A stretch of DNA of 30,109 nt from Candidatus Woesearchaeota archaeon (GCA_016188105.1 JACPIL010000048.1:1-30109), one strand, 5' to 3'. Shown: positions 1 through 8,040, counted from the stretch's first letter. Program-made: numbers and translations. The notes: generated by a model from the letters alone, not told the origin.

Positions 1-231
1 CATTTGGTTTTTAGTTTCTGGAAGTAGATACATGTTACGAAAACCGCCAACATCTTTAGCGCGATGGTTTTTGATAATGTAGTCCATAAGACTTTTGTGG
101 TAACAGATAATCACTCCTTTGGGAGCTTTATATTGAGGATATTTCCCAATCCTCTTTCTATAATTCATAAACTCTTCAGGAGAGATCATAGAATCTTGAG
201 CATGTTTATGTTTAAAATTTGGAAAAGACAT
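1..231 (-). CDS. Probable nucleoside phosphorylase-family protein, N-terminal part (runs off window start)
   Basis: Manually translated open frame from ATG at 231: MSFPNFKHKHAQDSMISPEEFMNYRKRIGKYPQYKAPKGVIICYHKSLMDYIIKNH... It resembles N-termini of PNP/UDP-phosphorylase-like proteins, but no catalytic motif lies inside the window. Confidence 0.45.
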   Translation of the reverse strand, partial: MSFPNFKHKHAQDSMISPEEFMNYRKRIGKYPQYKAPKGVIICYHKSLMDYIIKNHRAKDVGGFRNMYLLPETKNQM

Positions 232-262
232 AGATAGAAGAAATATTTGAAAGATATAAATC

Positions 263-823
263 TTATCGTCCTTTCAACTTCAAATCCAATACTAAATCTT
301 CTAACTTCCTCAAATCATATTTTATAGAATCAAATTTTCTTCTGACTTCGTTATCTCTAAAATCAAATTTCAATAATTCCCCATAGATAGTATCAACTTC
401 ATCTTTGATCTTGATCACTTTCTCTACTTCGCCTTTCCCAGCCAAGAAGACTGCTTTCCTAACCAGTTCGCCGGGAAGATCAGCTAATCCCAAAATGAAA
501 TGTTCAGTATCAATGGCCAGATCAACTAATTTTCCATCTTTGACAAAATGATAATACAACAATGCTTCTGCATATTCCTGGATGGCAACTTTGTAGCTGC
601 CCTCACTACCCATCTTGCGGCTGTGCTTGGCGATAGCATCAAGTTTTTTCTTTTCCGTTTCAATCTGCTTGATTAATTTGGCTGCTTCAGTTAATTCATC
701 TCTGTGCACAGCATAGATAATCTGCTTGCTGAGCTTGAGAACATCTCTGCTCTGCTTGATCAAATGTTCACGTTCTGAATCGTAGTCCTGAACATCCTTT
801 CGAAGTTTTGCAAAATTTATCAT
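263..823 (-). CDS. Translin/Trax-family (archaeal C3PO-like) RNase
   Basis: All-helical 186 aa with QEYAEA and GLADLPGELVR motifs, which carry the acidic catalytic residues of Trax-type proteins. Confidence 0.9.
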   Translation of the reverse strand: MINFAKLRKDVQDYDSEREHLIKQSRDVLKLSKQIIYAVHRDELTEAAKLIKQIETEKKKLDAIAKHSRKMGSEGSYKVAIQEYAEALLYYHFVKDGKLVDLAIDTEHFILGLADLPGELVRKAVFLAGKGEVEKVIKIKDEVDTIYGELLKFDFRDNEVRRKFDSIKYDLRKLEDLVLDLKLKGR

Positions 824-862
824 AGACTAGAAAATAGCTATTGTATTTATAATTCTTCCGTG

Positions 863-964
863 GGCAATAACAATCACGCAGGCGAGGCTGGGTCGCGCCG
901 TCCGGGGTGGCGCATAGGACACGAGTGAAACGAGTGGCCGTCTGCAGTGATTATTGTTATTGCC
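863..964. other. GC-rich intergenic palindromic/structured element (REP-like or ncRNA)
   Basis: Perfect 12-bp terminal stem GGCAATAACAAT (863-874) / ATTGTTATTGCC (953-964). Inner stems CACGCAG/CTGCAGTG and GCGCC/GGCGC, plus a CACGAGTGAAACGAGTG mini-hairpin. Confidence 0.65.
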
Positions 965-1005
965 GTCTCAAAATTAATCCTTTTACTTTCTTTTTAGCTT
1001 TTTAG

Positions 1006-1020
1006 CGAAACCTTTATATA
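1006..1020 (+). promoter_or_regulatory. BRE + TATA box for the Sm-rpl37e operon
   Basis: CGAAA-CC-TTTATATA upstream of ATG 1068; matches the archaeal promoter consensus. Confidence 0.6.
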
Positions 1021-1067
1021 GCATCCTCTTTCCTAAATGGTCAACTAGATGGGGTGTAAATAAAACA

Positions 1068-1295
1068 ATGGAAGAAGGATCAAGACCTTTAGATGCGCTG
1101 AACGCGGCAAGAAACAAAATCGTCATGGTTGAATTAAAGAATAACCATCGTTTTGTAGGTAAATTACGAGCTTTTGATATTCATATTAATACCGTTTTAG
1201 AAGACGCAAGCGAATATGAAAATGGGGAATTAAAACGAAAGGTCGGCACAGTATTCATACGTGGCGACACTATCACGATCATTTCTCCGGAATAA
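1068..1295 (+). CDS. Sm-like archaeal protein (SmAP1/Lsm)
   Basis: Sm1 motif (VELKNN..FVGKLRAFDIHINTVLEDA) and Sm2 motif (VFIRGDTI). Directly upstream of rpl37e, the conserved archaeal context. Confidence 0.95.
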   Translation: MEEGSRPLDALNAARNKIVMVELKNNHRFVGKLRAFDIHINTVLEDASEYENGELKRKVGTVFIRGDTITIISPE

Positions 1296-1318
1296 AATTT
1301 TGCATTTGAGGAATTAAC

Positions 1319-1495
1319 ATGACCAAAGGAACACCGAGCATGGGGATGAAGAGCGGGAAGAAAACCCACATTCCCTGCCGACGATGCGGAAGAAAAGCAT
1401 ATCACATGACTAAGAAGAAATGCGCTTCCTGCGGATACGGACAGAGTGCTACTATGCGGCGTTATGCATGGAACAAGAAAGCTTCTGGAAATTAA
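1319..1495 (+). CDS. rpl37e: 50S ribosomal protein L37e (not in ORF track)
   Basis: Manual translation MTKGTPSMGMKSGKKTHIPCRRCGRKAYHMTKKKCASCGYGQSATMRRYAWNKKASGN, with CxxC...CxxC zinc finger. Confidence 0.95.
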   Translation: MTKGTPSMGMKSGKKTHIPCRRCGRKAYHMTKKKCASCGYGQSATMRRYAWNKKASGN

Positions 1496-1502
1496 TTTTT
1501 TT
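1496..1502 (+). terminator. Oligo-T terminator after rpl37e
   Basis: T7 run immediately after the stop codon; archaeal intrinsic terminators are U-tracts. Confidence 0.5.
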
Positions 1503-1540
1503 GTTAAAAACTTTTATAATAGAGATTTGGGGGAACACAC

Positions 1541-1996
1541 ATGACTATAATTGTTGAAGGTCCTTACGATTTGAAAAGACAAAATCCAGCGGCTACGCCG
1601 ATCGGTATTGTTGTAGTTAAGGATTACAAAGGAAGAGAGGATTATGCTTTTTTGTCTAGAGCGGTTGATCTCTCTTTTGTTGAAGTAGCTAATTATATAA
1701 GTATAGATGAGAGAAATAATCAAAGAGCAGTGATTCATGCTGATATCGACAAGTTAATAGTAAGGATTGAAGAAAGGACGGGAACAAATCCATTTGAGGA
1801 ACATTCTTTGAGAAGTTTTTTAGACAATGTACTTCATAATCCAGAATATTCGAAAGCAAGAGGATTTCAAACAGATCCAAGTGCAGATGTCTATAGGGAT
1901 CTTTCTGAAATGTCTCCAGCTTGCCGTGAGTCTTTACAAAGAAGAATAATGGGGAATAGAAAGTTCGTCGATTTTGCTGCTCGCGGTTGGAAATAA
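1541..1996 (+). CDS. Hypothetical protein
   Basis: 151-aa ORF with TATA-like TTTTATAA about 22 nt upstream; no family recognised. Confidence 0.7.
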   Translation: MTIIVEGPYDLKRQNPAATPIGIVVVKDYKGREDYAFLSRAVDLSFVEVANYISIDERNNQRAVIHADIDKLIVRIEERTGTNPFEEHSLRSFLDNVLHNPEYSKARGFQTDPSADVYRDLSEMSPACRESLQRRIMGNRKFVDFAARGWK

Positions 1997-2026
1997 TTAA
2001 AATTATAGTTTATTATTTTCAAGACG

Positions 2027-2662
2027 TTAACTCTCAGCTGCTTCTTCCAAGTAGCCATCGCATATTTGTTTCATGTCTTTTATAGGGATCTTATTACAAA
2101 GCTCCTTATTGCCAGTTAACTTAGCTATTTTCAAGTAGCAGGATCCTGAATTTACTTGGTCATCAGCAAATTGGGCGCAAAGATCAGCATTAAGAGTGGC
2201 CGTAGCTATTTTGTAAAGACATTCCGCTCTATTCTGCTTACTTAGCCGATCGCATAATTCAGCATTATTTGTGGCAATTGCTACTTTCTTGACACAATCA
2301 ATGTTTTGATTAACTTCCAGGATGTTAGCACAGGTCCTATAGTCTTCAGCCTTAATAGCTAAATGATAATAACAAAGACCTTGCCAATATTCATCAAGGA
2401 TTTCTGCGCAGATGCTAACATCGTTCTGCTGTAAAGCAATCTGTTCTTGACAGAATCCTTGGGTTCTGCTGGTAACAATAAGATCGCAGACCTTAACATC
2501 ATCCTTAGTTTTGGCTAATTCTGCAACACAGGAGTCTCGGAATTGGGTGTTCTTGATTTTGCTGCATTTAAGCGATTCAAAATAACAATTATCTTTGGCG
2601 CTGCCTTCTAAGGAAGAGCATTGATCTGCAGCATCCTTAGTAATAGAACAAGTTAGCTTCAT
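2027..2662 (-). CDS. Cys-rich tandem-repeat protein (~26-aa units)
   Basis: 7-8 repeats of C-x10/11-C-x3-(I/L)A-x7-C, e.g. CAEILDEYWQGLCYYHLAIKAEDYRTC. Confidence 0.75.
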   Translation of the reverse strand: MKLTCSITKDAADQCSSLEGSAKDNCYFESLKCSKIKNTQFRDSCVAELAKTKDDVKVCDLIVTSRTQGFCQEQIALQQNDVSICAEILDEYWQGLCYYHLAIKAEDYRTCANILEVNQNIDCVKKVAIATNNAELCDRLSKQNRAECLYKIATATLNADLCAQFADDQVNSGSCYLKIAKLTGNKELCNKIPIKDMKQICDGYLEEAAES

Positions 2663-2791
2663 AATAAGGTTTTATCAAAAAGCCCTTTTAAGTTTTGTGG
2701 AAGTGTAGTGATATATTATTAAGGTCATGAAGAGCTTCAATGACTTTCTTAAACACAAAAACAATATAAACCCCTCTTTAATCCTCTAACT

Positions 2792-3859
2792 ATGTCTCTT
2801 TTCAAGGATATGTTACGCAGCGGAGAAACAGTTTTCCGCGACACTATCGTTCTAGATTATGATTTCCAGCCGAAAGTGATGAAGTTCAGAGAAAACGAAC
2901 AGATGCGTTTTGCAACCGCAATTCGGCCATTGCTTCAGGGACATAACGGAAGGAATTTGTTTGTCTATGGCGCCCCAGGGATCGGAAAAACAACTGCTTG
3001 CCGACATGTACTTCGAGAATTGGAGGAAGAAACCGCAGAAGTAGTTTCTATTTACGTCAACTGTTGGAAGGAAAATACTACCTTTAAAGTCTATATCAAG
3101 ATTTGCGAAGATTTAGGATACAAATTTATTCAGAGCAAAAAAACCAGCGAATTGCTGGAACTAATAAAGCAGAAATTAAACAAAAACAGTGTTGTTTTTG
3201 TTTTTGATGAGATTGATAAGTTAGAAGAGATGGATTTTTTGTATTCTCTTCTTGAAGATATTTATAGAAAATCAATTATTCTCATAACCAATTATCGAGA
3301 CACTTACGGTGAACTGGATGAACGTATCAGAAGCCGGCTGGGACCAGAATTTGTATACTTTCGGCCCTATAATGAGGCAGAAATTGCTGGAATTCTGCAG
3401 CAACGTTGTGATTACGGATTTGTAGATCAATGTTGGGATGAAGAAGCGTTCAAAGAAATTGTAGAAAAATGTGCAGAAACCAATGACGTGCGAGTGGGAT
3501 TGTATCTGATGCGGGAAGCAGGAAATTTGGCTGAAGAGCGAAGTTCGCGGAAGATCACCGGTGTACATGTAGCAGAAGCGATGAAGAAAGTTGATGATTT
3601 TCATATAAAACCTAAAGAAGGATTAGATGAAGAGATGAGATCTATTCTGGAGTTAATACGAGAACAAAGCGGCAGAAAGATCGGAGAGATTTTCGCTTTG
3701 TACGCGGAACGCGGCGGGGAGATGAGTTACAAGAGCTTCCAGCGCAGAATCACGAAATTGAAAGAAAGTAAATTTTTGAATACAGAGAGAAGCGTCTCTG
3801 GTGATGGAAACAGCACTATTCTTCATTATGATGCGGATAGGAAACTGACTGAGTATTGA
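2792..3859 (+). CDS. cdc6: Orc1/Cdc6-family replication initiator AAA+ ATPase
   Basis: Walker A GAPGIGKT, Walker B FVFDEID, YVNC motif, C-terminal winged helix. Confidence 0.92.
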   Translation: MSLFKDMLRSGETVFRDTIVLDYDFQPKVMKFRENEQMRFATAIRPLLQGHNGRNLFVYGAPGIGKTTACRHVLRELEEETAEVVSIYVNCWKENTTFKVYIKICEDLGYKFIQSKKTSELLELIKQKLNKNSVVFVFDEIDKLEEMDFLYSLLEDIYRKSIILITNYRDTYGELDERIRSRLGPEFVYFRPYNEAEIAGILQQRCDYGFVDQCWDEEAFKEIVEKCAETNDVRVGLYLMREAGNLAEERSSRKITGVHVAEAMKKVDDFHIKPKEGLDEEMRSILELIREQSGRKIGEIFALYAERGGEMSYKSFQRRITKLKESKFLNTERSVSGDGNSTILHYDADRKLTEY

Positions 3860-3861
3860 AA

Positions 3862-4419
3862 ATGGAACGTCAAGTCAAAGACCGAAACATTCTTGACAGA
3901 TTCTGTGAAGAATTCTGCGCAATAGTAGAAAAACATTGTAAATATATCGTTGTTTCTGGGTTCCTAGCCATAGCTTCTGGAAGAACGCGAGGAACTGAAG
4001 ATATTGATATGATTATTGAAAGACTTGACTTTGATAGATTCAAACTGCTTTTTCAAGACTTAATCAAGAAAGGATTTGTCTGCATGCAATCTTCCAGCGC
4101 AGAAGAGGTTTACGACTACCTGAAAGATAATACTTCAGTGCGTTTCACTTGGAAAGATAAAGAATTACCAGAGATGGAAGTTAAATTTGCAAAAGATGTT
4201 TTAGATGAATACCAATTGAAAAATAGAGTAAAATTAGAACTCACAGGATTAGATGTTTGGTTTAGCAACGTTAACATAAATATCGCATTTAAAGAGGAAC
4301 TCTTAAAAAGTCCAAAAGATTTAGAAGATGCAAGACACTTACGGATAGTATATGCTGAACAGGTTAACGAAGAAGAAATACAATCTATAAAACTGCTAAT
4401 CAAGAGATTCAGATTATGA
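3862..4419 (+). CDS. Nucleotidyltransferase-fold protein (DUF6036/AbiEii-like)
   Basis: VVSGFLAIASGRTRGTEDIDMII fits the G-x-x-A...G..R.T.DID Pol-beta-like NTase motif. ATG 3862 preferred over the track's TTG 3856. Confidence 0.7.
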   Translation: MERQVKDRNILDRFCEEFCAIVEKHCKYIVVSGFLAIASGRTRGTEDIDMIIERLDFDRFKLLFQDLIKKGFVCMQSSSAEEVYDYLKDNTSVRFTWKDKELPEMEVKFAKDVLDEYQLKNRVKLELTGLDVWFSNVNINIAFKEELLKSPKDLEDARHLRIVYAEQVNEEEIQSIKLLIKRFRL

Positions 4420-4631
4420 GAGAAGAACATCTGCAGCAAGTGGAACGGTGGGCGCTTTTTGTAAAAGAAAATCCTACCCAGTGGAAGAAGATCCATACCG
4501 AGTTTATTAATGCGCTATTTGAGAAACATGATTCTTTTAGAGAAAAATTATTAAAAATGCCGAGAGGAAAAGAAAAATTACAGAATCTTTACAATATTAA
4601 AAATAAAGAAGGATATAACTGGTTAAAATAA
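4416..4631 (+). CDS. Small helical hypothetical protein, translationally coupled to the NTase
   Basis: ATGA start/stop overlap at 4416-4419; 71 aa. Confidence 0.75.
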   Translation: MREEHLQQVERWALFVKENPTQWKKIHTEFINALFEKHDSFREKLLKMPRGKEKLQNLYNIKNKEGYNWLK

Positions 4632-4632
4632 T

Positions 4633-5445
4633 CTACCCAATATAATGCACATCTTTCTTTTTGGCCTGCGCCCCGGCTTGCGGATGAGCAAACTCATCAG
4701 ACATCCAATCAGAAGCTTTCTGTAACAATTGGTTCTCAACTTCCAGGATATCCTTGCTGATCTTTTTCAGATTAACTCCTAAATTAAATTTCTTTTCTAA
4801 TAATTGAACTATTTCTTTTGCTCCTTTAATGCCTAAATACAAAGGATTCCCAAAAGTTTCTGCCAATAAAGCCACGCCTTTGATTCCCTTCTTTTTCCCT
4901 AAAGCCAGTAAAATTCCAGAGACGCCAATAATTGGTCCGACTACGCCGAAAATATCTTTTTCTACTGACATCCCTTTTTTAGTATATTCCTGTAATTCAG
5001 TTTGATCATTTCCTGCGCAATATACTTTTGGTTTGTCAGGCACATGCTGTAAGCCGATCCCGCCGGTAGTTATAACTTTTTTACAGTTGTATTGTTTGGC
5101 TAACTTTAATACTTCATCACAAAAGGCATAACAGCTTTCTTCATCAATAGGTTGGATGTCTCCGACTAAAAAAAGCAGATCGCGTTTCTTGCTGCCCTTG
5201 CCGAACTGCTTGTAATACATTTCTAGTTTGGGCATCTCAACTACATTTTTCTCATTGACAAAGACAGAATGAGGAAATTTGTAAGAGAAAAATGAGTATA
5301 ATTTCTTTGCTTTTAATTCTTCTACTAAGAAGTCCACAGCTATTTTACCAACGTTGCCGATACCGGGAAGCCCTTCGATTAAGACTGGATTGTTCAGAGT
5401 AGGCAGGGTTTTAGTTTCAGCAGTAACTTCCCAAATTTTATGCAT
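4633..5445 (-). CDS. Proteasome assembly chaperone PAC2-family protein
   Basis: LIEGLPGIGNVGKIAVDFL, GDIQP, TTGG and GPIIGVSG motifs. Confidence 0.9.
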   Translation of the reverse strand: MHKIWEVTAETKTLPTLNNPVLIEGLPGIGNVGKIAVDFLVEELKAKKLYSFFSYKFPHSVFVNEKNVVEMPKLEMYYKQFGKGSKKRDLLFLVGDIQPIDEESCYAFCDEVLKLAKQYNCKKVITTGGIGLQHVPDKPKVYCAGNDQTELQEYTKKGMSVEKDIFGVVGPIIGVSGILLALGKKKGIKGVALLAETFGNPLYLGIKGAKEIVQLLEKKFNLGVNLKKISKDILEVENQLLQKASDWMSDEFAHPQAGAQAKKKDVHYIG

Positions 5446-5556
5446 AGTTCTGAGAAGGATTCGGGATTTATATAGTTTTGGTTACAATTAGAATCATGCA
5501 ATTATTTTAGAAAGGAATCCGGTAAACTTTAAATAGAATTTGCTTTTTTTATTTTT

Positions 5557-6066
5557 ATGCCTAATCTTAAAATAGAAAATTATACATTAAGGGGAAAAAT
5601 TGGGGAACTTATCGCTCGCTCACATATTCCTTTTTCTTCAAGAGTTCAAGAATTAAGCCCAAAATACCTTTGCAAGAGATTTTCCTTTGGTTTTATTTCT
5701 AATGAAAAGAGGACGTTCTTAATCAAAAATTGGAGAAGCTTTGACTTAATTCGCTTAGTAACATCCGAAGGGGGAACAAAACTAGAAAACATAGAGATCT
5801 ATGAAGTTAAAACTCAATCAAACAACCGAGAACATAAACTAGAAATCACTGAAAAAAGTTTTGCGGTTTACAAACAAGCAAAAAAGCTGGGTATCATCCC
5901 TAAATCAGTTAAGATTATCTTTAACAATGAATGGGAATATGAAATTAAAATCAAGAACTTTGAAGAGCATGATTTTTCCATTAATAATGGCAGTGGAAAA
6001 TCAGAAAATTATCTTAATTTTTTGAAAGAATCCGCACTTTTGAATAGAAAAGTGCGAGGGACGTGA
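5557..6066 (+). CDS. Putative PD-(D/E)XK nuclease-fold protein (DUF3883-like)
   Basis: GKIGELIA...FDL...IYEVKT...LEITE motif order; AT-rich. The stop codon lies inside the antisense tRNA 3' end. Confidence 0.55.
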   Translation: MPNLKIENYTLRGKIGELIARSHIPFSSRVQELSPKYLCKRFSFGFISNEKRTFLIKNWRSFDLIRLVTSEGGTKLENIEIYEVKTQSNNREHKLEITEKSFAVYKQAKKLGIIPKSVKIIFNNEWEYEIKIKNFEEHDFSINNGSGKSENYLNFLKESALLNRKVRGT

Positions 6067-6156
6067 ATCGAACACGCGTACCCACTAAGGGACTAGCCCC
6101 TCAAGTTCGCCAGGTTTTTGACCTTCTAGCGGATTTGACCGCTCTCCCACCCTCGC
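6053..6156 (-). tRNA. tRNA-Leu(GAG), intron-containing; CCA not encoded
   Basis: Acceptor stem GCGAGGG/CCCTCGC with discriminator A; D arm GGAG-AGCGGTCAA-ATCC; long variable arm; T arm GCGTG-TTCGATT-CACGT. Removing 6106-6125 gives anticodon stem CTAGC/GCTAG with loop TT-GAG-GG. Spliced length 84 nt. Confidence 0.9.
6106..6125 (-). other. 20-nt tRNA intron at non-canonical position 30/31
   Basis: Intron AAGGTCAAAAACCTGGCGAA. Central helix CGCT/GGCG, bulges AG|A and AA|C, intron hairpin AGGT/ACCT: a bulge-helix-bulge-type splicing motif. Confidence 0.8.
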
Positions 6157-6185
6157 ATCAAGATCCTAAATCAGCTGTTTATTTA

Positions 6186-6746
6186 TTAATTTTTACCATT
6201 TACTCTGCTCACAAACTCATTCCCTTCTACAAAGAATCTCCATTGCAACTCTAACGCATCTTTTATGCCGATTCTAGAACTGGATGCAATTTTAACAATT
6301 TTAAAGCCGTCGTCAAATAGTTTGATTTCTTTGCCTAATTTAAGGCCATTATATTTTTTATCAATGCCTAAGGCAAGGCATAATTTTCCTGGTCCAGAGC
6401 AGAGATTTTGAATCTTCTCTGTTTTTCTATTCTTCTTCATTGCTTCTATGCCTACAAGCGGCTCTACTGCCCGTATCAAGACTGCGCCCGCCTCATCTTG
6501 ATTGGAAGTAAAATTCAAGCACCAATACATCCCGTAAATAAGATAGACATAGACATGCCCATAGGTATCGTACATCAAAGCACTGCGATCTGTTCTCTTG
6601 AAAGCATGCGAGGCGGGGTCTTTACCATATGCTTCCGTTTCTACTATACGGACGAGCATGCCGTTAATAGATATAATTTTACCTAACAAATCTTGGGCAG
6701 TTTTCACAGTATCTTGAGCGAAGAACGAGGAGGATAATTCTTTCAT
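6186..6746 (-). CDS. mpg: 3-methyladenine DNA glycosylase (MPG/AAG family)
   Basis: RIVETEAY, YVYLIYGMYWCLN, AVLIRAVEP and GPGKLC motifs. Confidence 0.95.
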   Translation of the reverse strand: MKELSSSFFAQDTVKTAQDLLGKIISINGMLVRIVETEAYGKDPASHAFKRTDRSALMYDTYGHVYVYLIYGMYWCLNFTSNQDEAGAVLIRAVEPLVGIEAMKKNRKTEKIQNLCSGPGKLCLALGIDKKYNGLKLGKEIKLFDDGFKIVKIASSSRIGIKDALELQWRFFVEGNEFVSRVNGKN

Positions 6747-6780
6747 GATATTATAAATTGAAGATACCTTAAAAAATGTT

Positions 6781-6993
6781 TTAAGAATAATATCGGGAAA
6801 TAGGAAAATAAGGATCTGTTTTGGTATTTAATATATCAATCTCAATCTTCTCCGGAGGTTTTTCTGGCTGATGGTCTGGAATTCTCGGCATAGGATTTTC
6901 CACTGGAAGCTCTAACGGAATTGGCTGCCCTCTTTTCCTTTCTTTTTCCCGCTCCTTCTTCAAAATTTCTTCAATGATAAATTCTGGTAACAC
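6781..6993 (-). CDS. Small Pro-rich hypothetical protein
   Basis: 70-aa ORF filling the gap between co-oriented genes; charged helix followed by a Pro-rich tail. Confidence 0.55.
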   Translation of the reverse strand: MLPEFIIEEILKKEREKERKRGQPIPLELPVENPMPRIPDHQPEKPPEKIEIDILNTKTDPYFPISRYYS

Positions 6994-7055
6994 GCTAAAC
7001 GAATGATCTGTAAATTATTTAATTTTCTGCATATAGAAACTAAATACCATATGTC

Positions 7056-7757
7056 TCATCCTAAATGGCCTACAAGCCAACCGACAAAATAGCCAATTAA
7101 TCCTGCGCATAATCCGATCAAGACTACTTCCAACCCAGACTTAACCCTGCTTAGTTTGGTGTAATATGTTTTTGCTAAACCCACTCCAAACAAAGCGGCA
7201 ATGGTAAGAGCTGAAGCCAGAATTGCGGCCTGAAATAATGAGATGGAATCAAATTTAGAGATCAGAAATGGAAACAAAGGAAAAGCTGAGCCTAACAGAA
7301 AAGAGAAAAACATGGCAAAGGCATTTTTGAAAGGAATTTCCAGTTTTTCTTTAGAGATACCAACTTTTTTTTGCACCATGTAGTTGCAGACAAATTCAGG
7401 ATGCTTATAACGGGAGGATTTTTTAAGCAACCGATTGACTTCTTCTTTGGTAAGACCCTCTTTTATCAAGGAAGAATGCATTTCTGTATAACATTTACGC
7501 GGATTTTTCATCAGTTCATCGCGAGTGCTTTCTATCTCATGTTCATATACCTCTCGCTGCGATTTCGAAGAGAGATAGCTTCCTGCAGACATAGAAAAAG
7601 CGCCAGCAAACATGCTTGCTGCTCCAGCAAGAAGTATAATGGATGCATCTCCTCCGCCAGCCGCTACCCCCAAAACCAGGCCGAGGTTAGAGACTAAACC
7701 GTCTTCCATGCCGAAGACAAAATCCCTGATCACTTCTTTGACAGTTGTGGGAATCAT
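7056..7757 (-). CDS. VIT1/CCC1-family Fe/Mn transporter
   Basis: GMEDGLVSNLGLVLGV, AGAFSMSAGSYLS and five hydrophobic segments. Confidence 0.92.
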   Translation of the reverse strand: MIPTTVKEVIRDFVFGMEDGLVSNLGLVLGVAAGGGDASIILLAGAASMFAGAFSMSAGSYLSSKSQREVYEHEIESTRDELMKNPRKCYTEMHSSLIKEGLTKEEVNRLLKKSSRYKHPEFVCNYMVQKKVGISKEKLEIPFKNAFAMFFSFLLGSAFPLFPFLISKFDSISLFQAAILASALTIAALFGVGLAKTYYTKLSRVKSGLEVVLIGLCAGLIGYFVGWLVGHLG

Positions 7758-7761
7758 TTGC

Positions 7762-8040
7762 TTATGAAAGTTGTGAGTTAATTACTGCCGTACAGCGGTT
7801 AGAAAGGCATTTGATCTCTCCTTGCCCGCAATCTAACGTTCCCGGCTCACAAACTGCGGTACAGAAAGCTTCACTGCAATCAGGAGCATATTCCTTATTC
7901 ACCGCACTAAAAGGATGGCAGCATTGCGCAGGAACACAATCACTATCCACCGAACATTGCTCTGCATTAGGAGTGCAGGAAATCAAAAAAACAGAAATTA
8001 TCATCACTATCCATAATATCATCATCAATTTCTGTTTCAT
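7762..8040 (-). CDS. Small secreted Cys-rich (lipo)protein
   Basis: Basic N-terminus, hydrophobic stretch and LISC lipobox-like site; mature part has CxxDxDC...CC...C pattern. Confidence 0.75.
   Translation of the reverse strand: MKQKLMMILWIVMIISVFLISCTPNAEQCSVDSDCVPAQCCHPFSAVNKEYAPDCSEAFCTAVCEPGTLDCGQGEIKCLSNRCTAVINSQLS

Noticed and set aside
863-964. Hammerhead ribozyme, SRP RNA or RNase P RNA
   Set aside because: A GAAAC is present but there is no CUGANGA core on either strand. The element is too short and lacks SRP helix-8 or RNase P signature sequences.
2663-2791. Replication origin upstream of cdc6
   Set aside because: Only a weak TGTGGAAG and an imperfect palindrome (GTCATGAAG-AG-CTTCAATGAC); no repeated ORB (TCCA-TGGAAA plus G-string), and the spacer is short.
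6097-6105. Reading the tRNA as Ser(TGA)
   Set aside because: CT-TGA-GG breaks the 5-bp anticodon stem. The GAG register gives perfect pairing, G37 and discriminator A, all consistent with Leu.
6063-6254. 63-aa plus-strand ORF in the track
   Set aside because: It is antisense to the tRNA and the mpg 3' end, so it is a shadow ORF.
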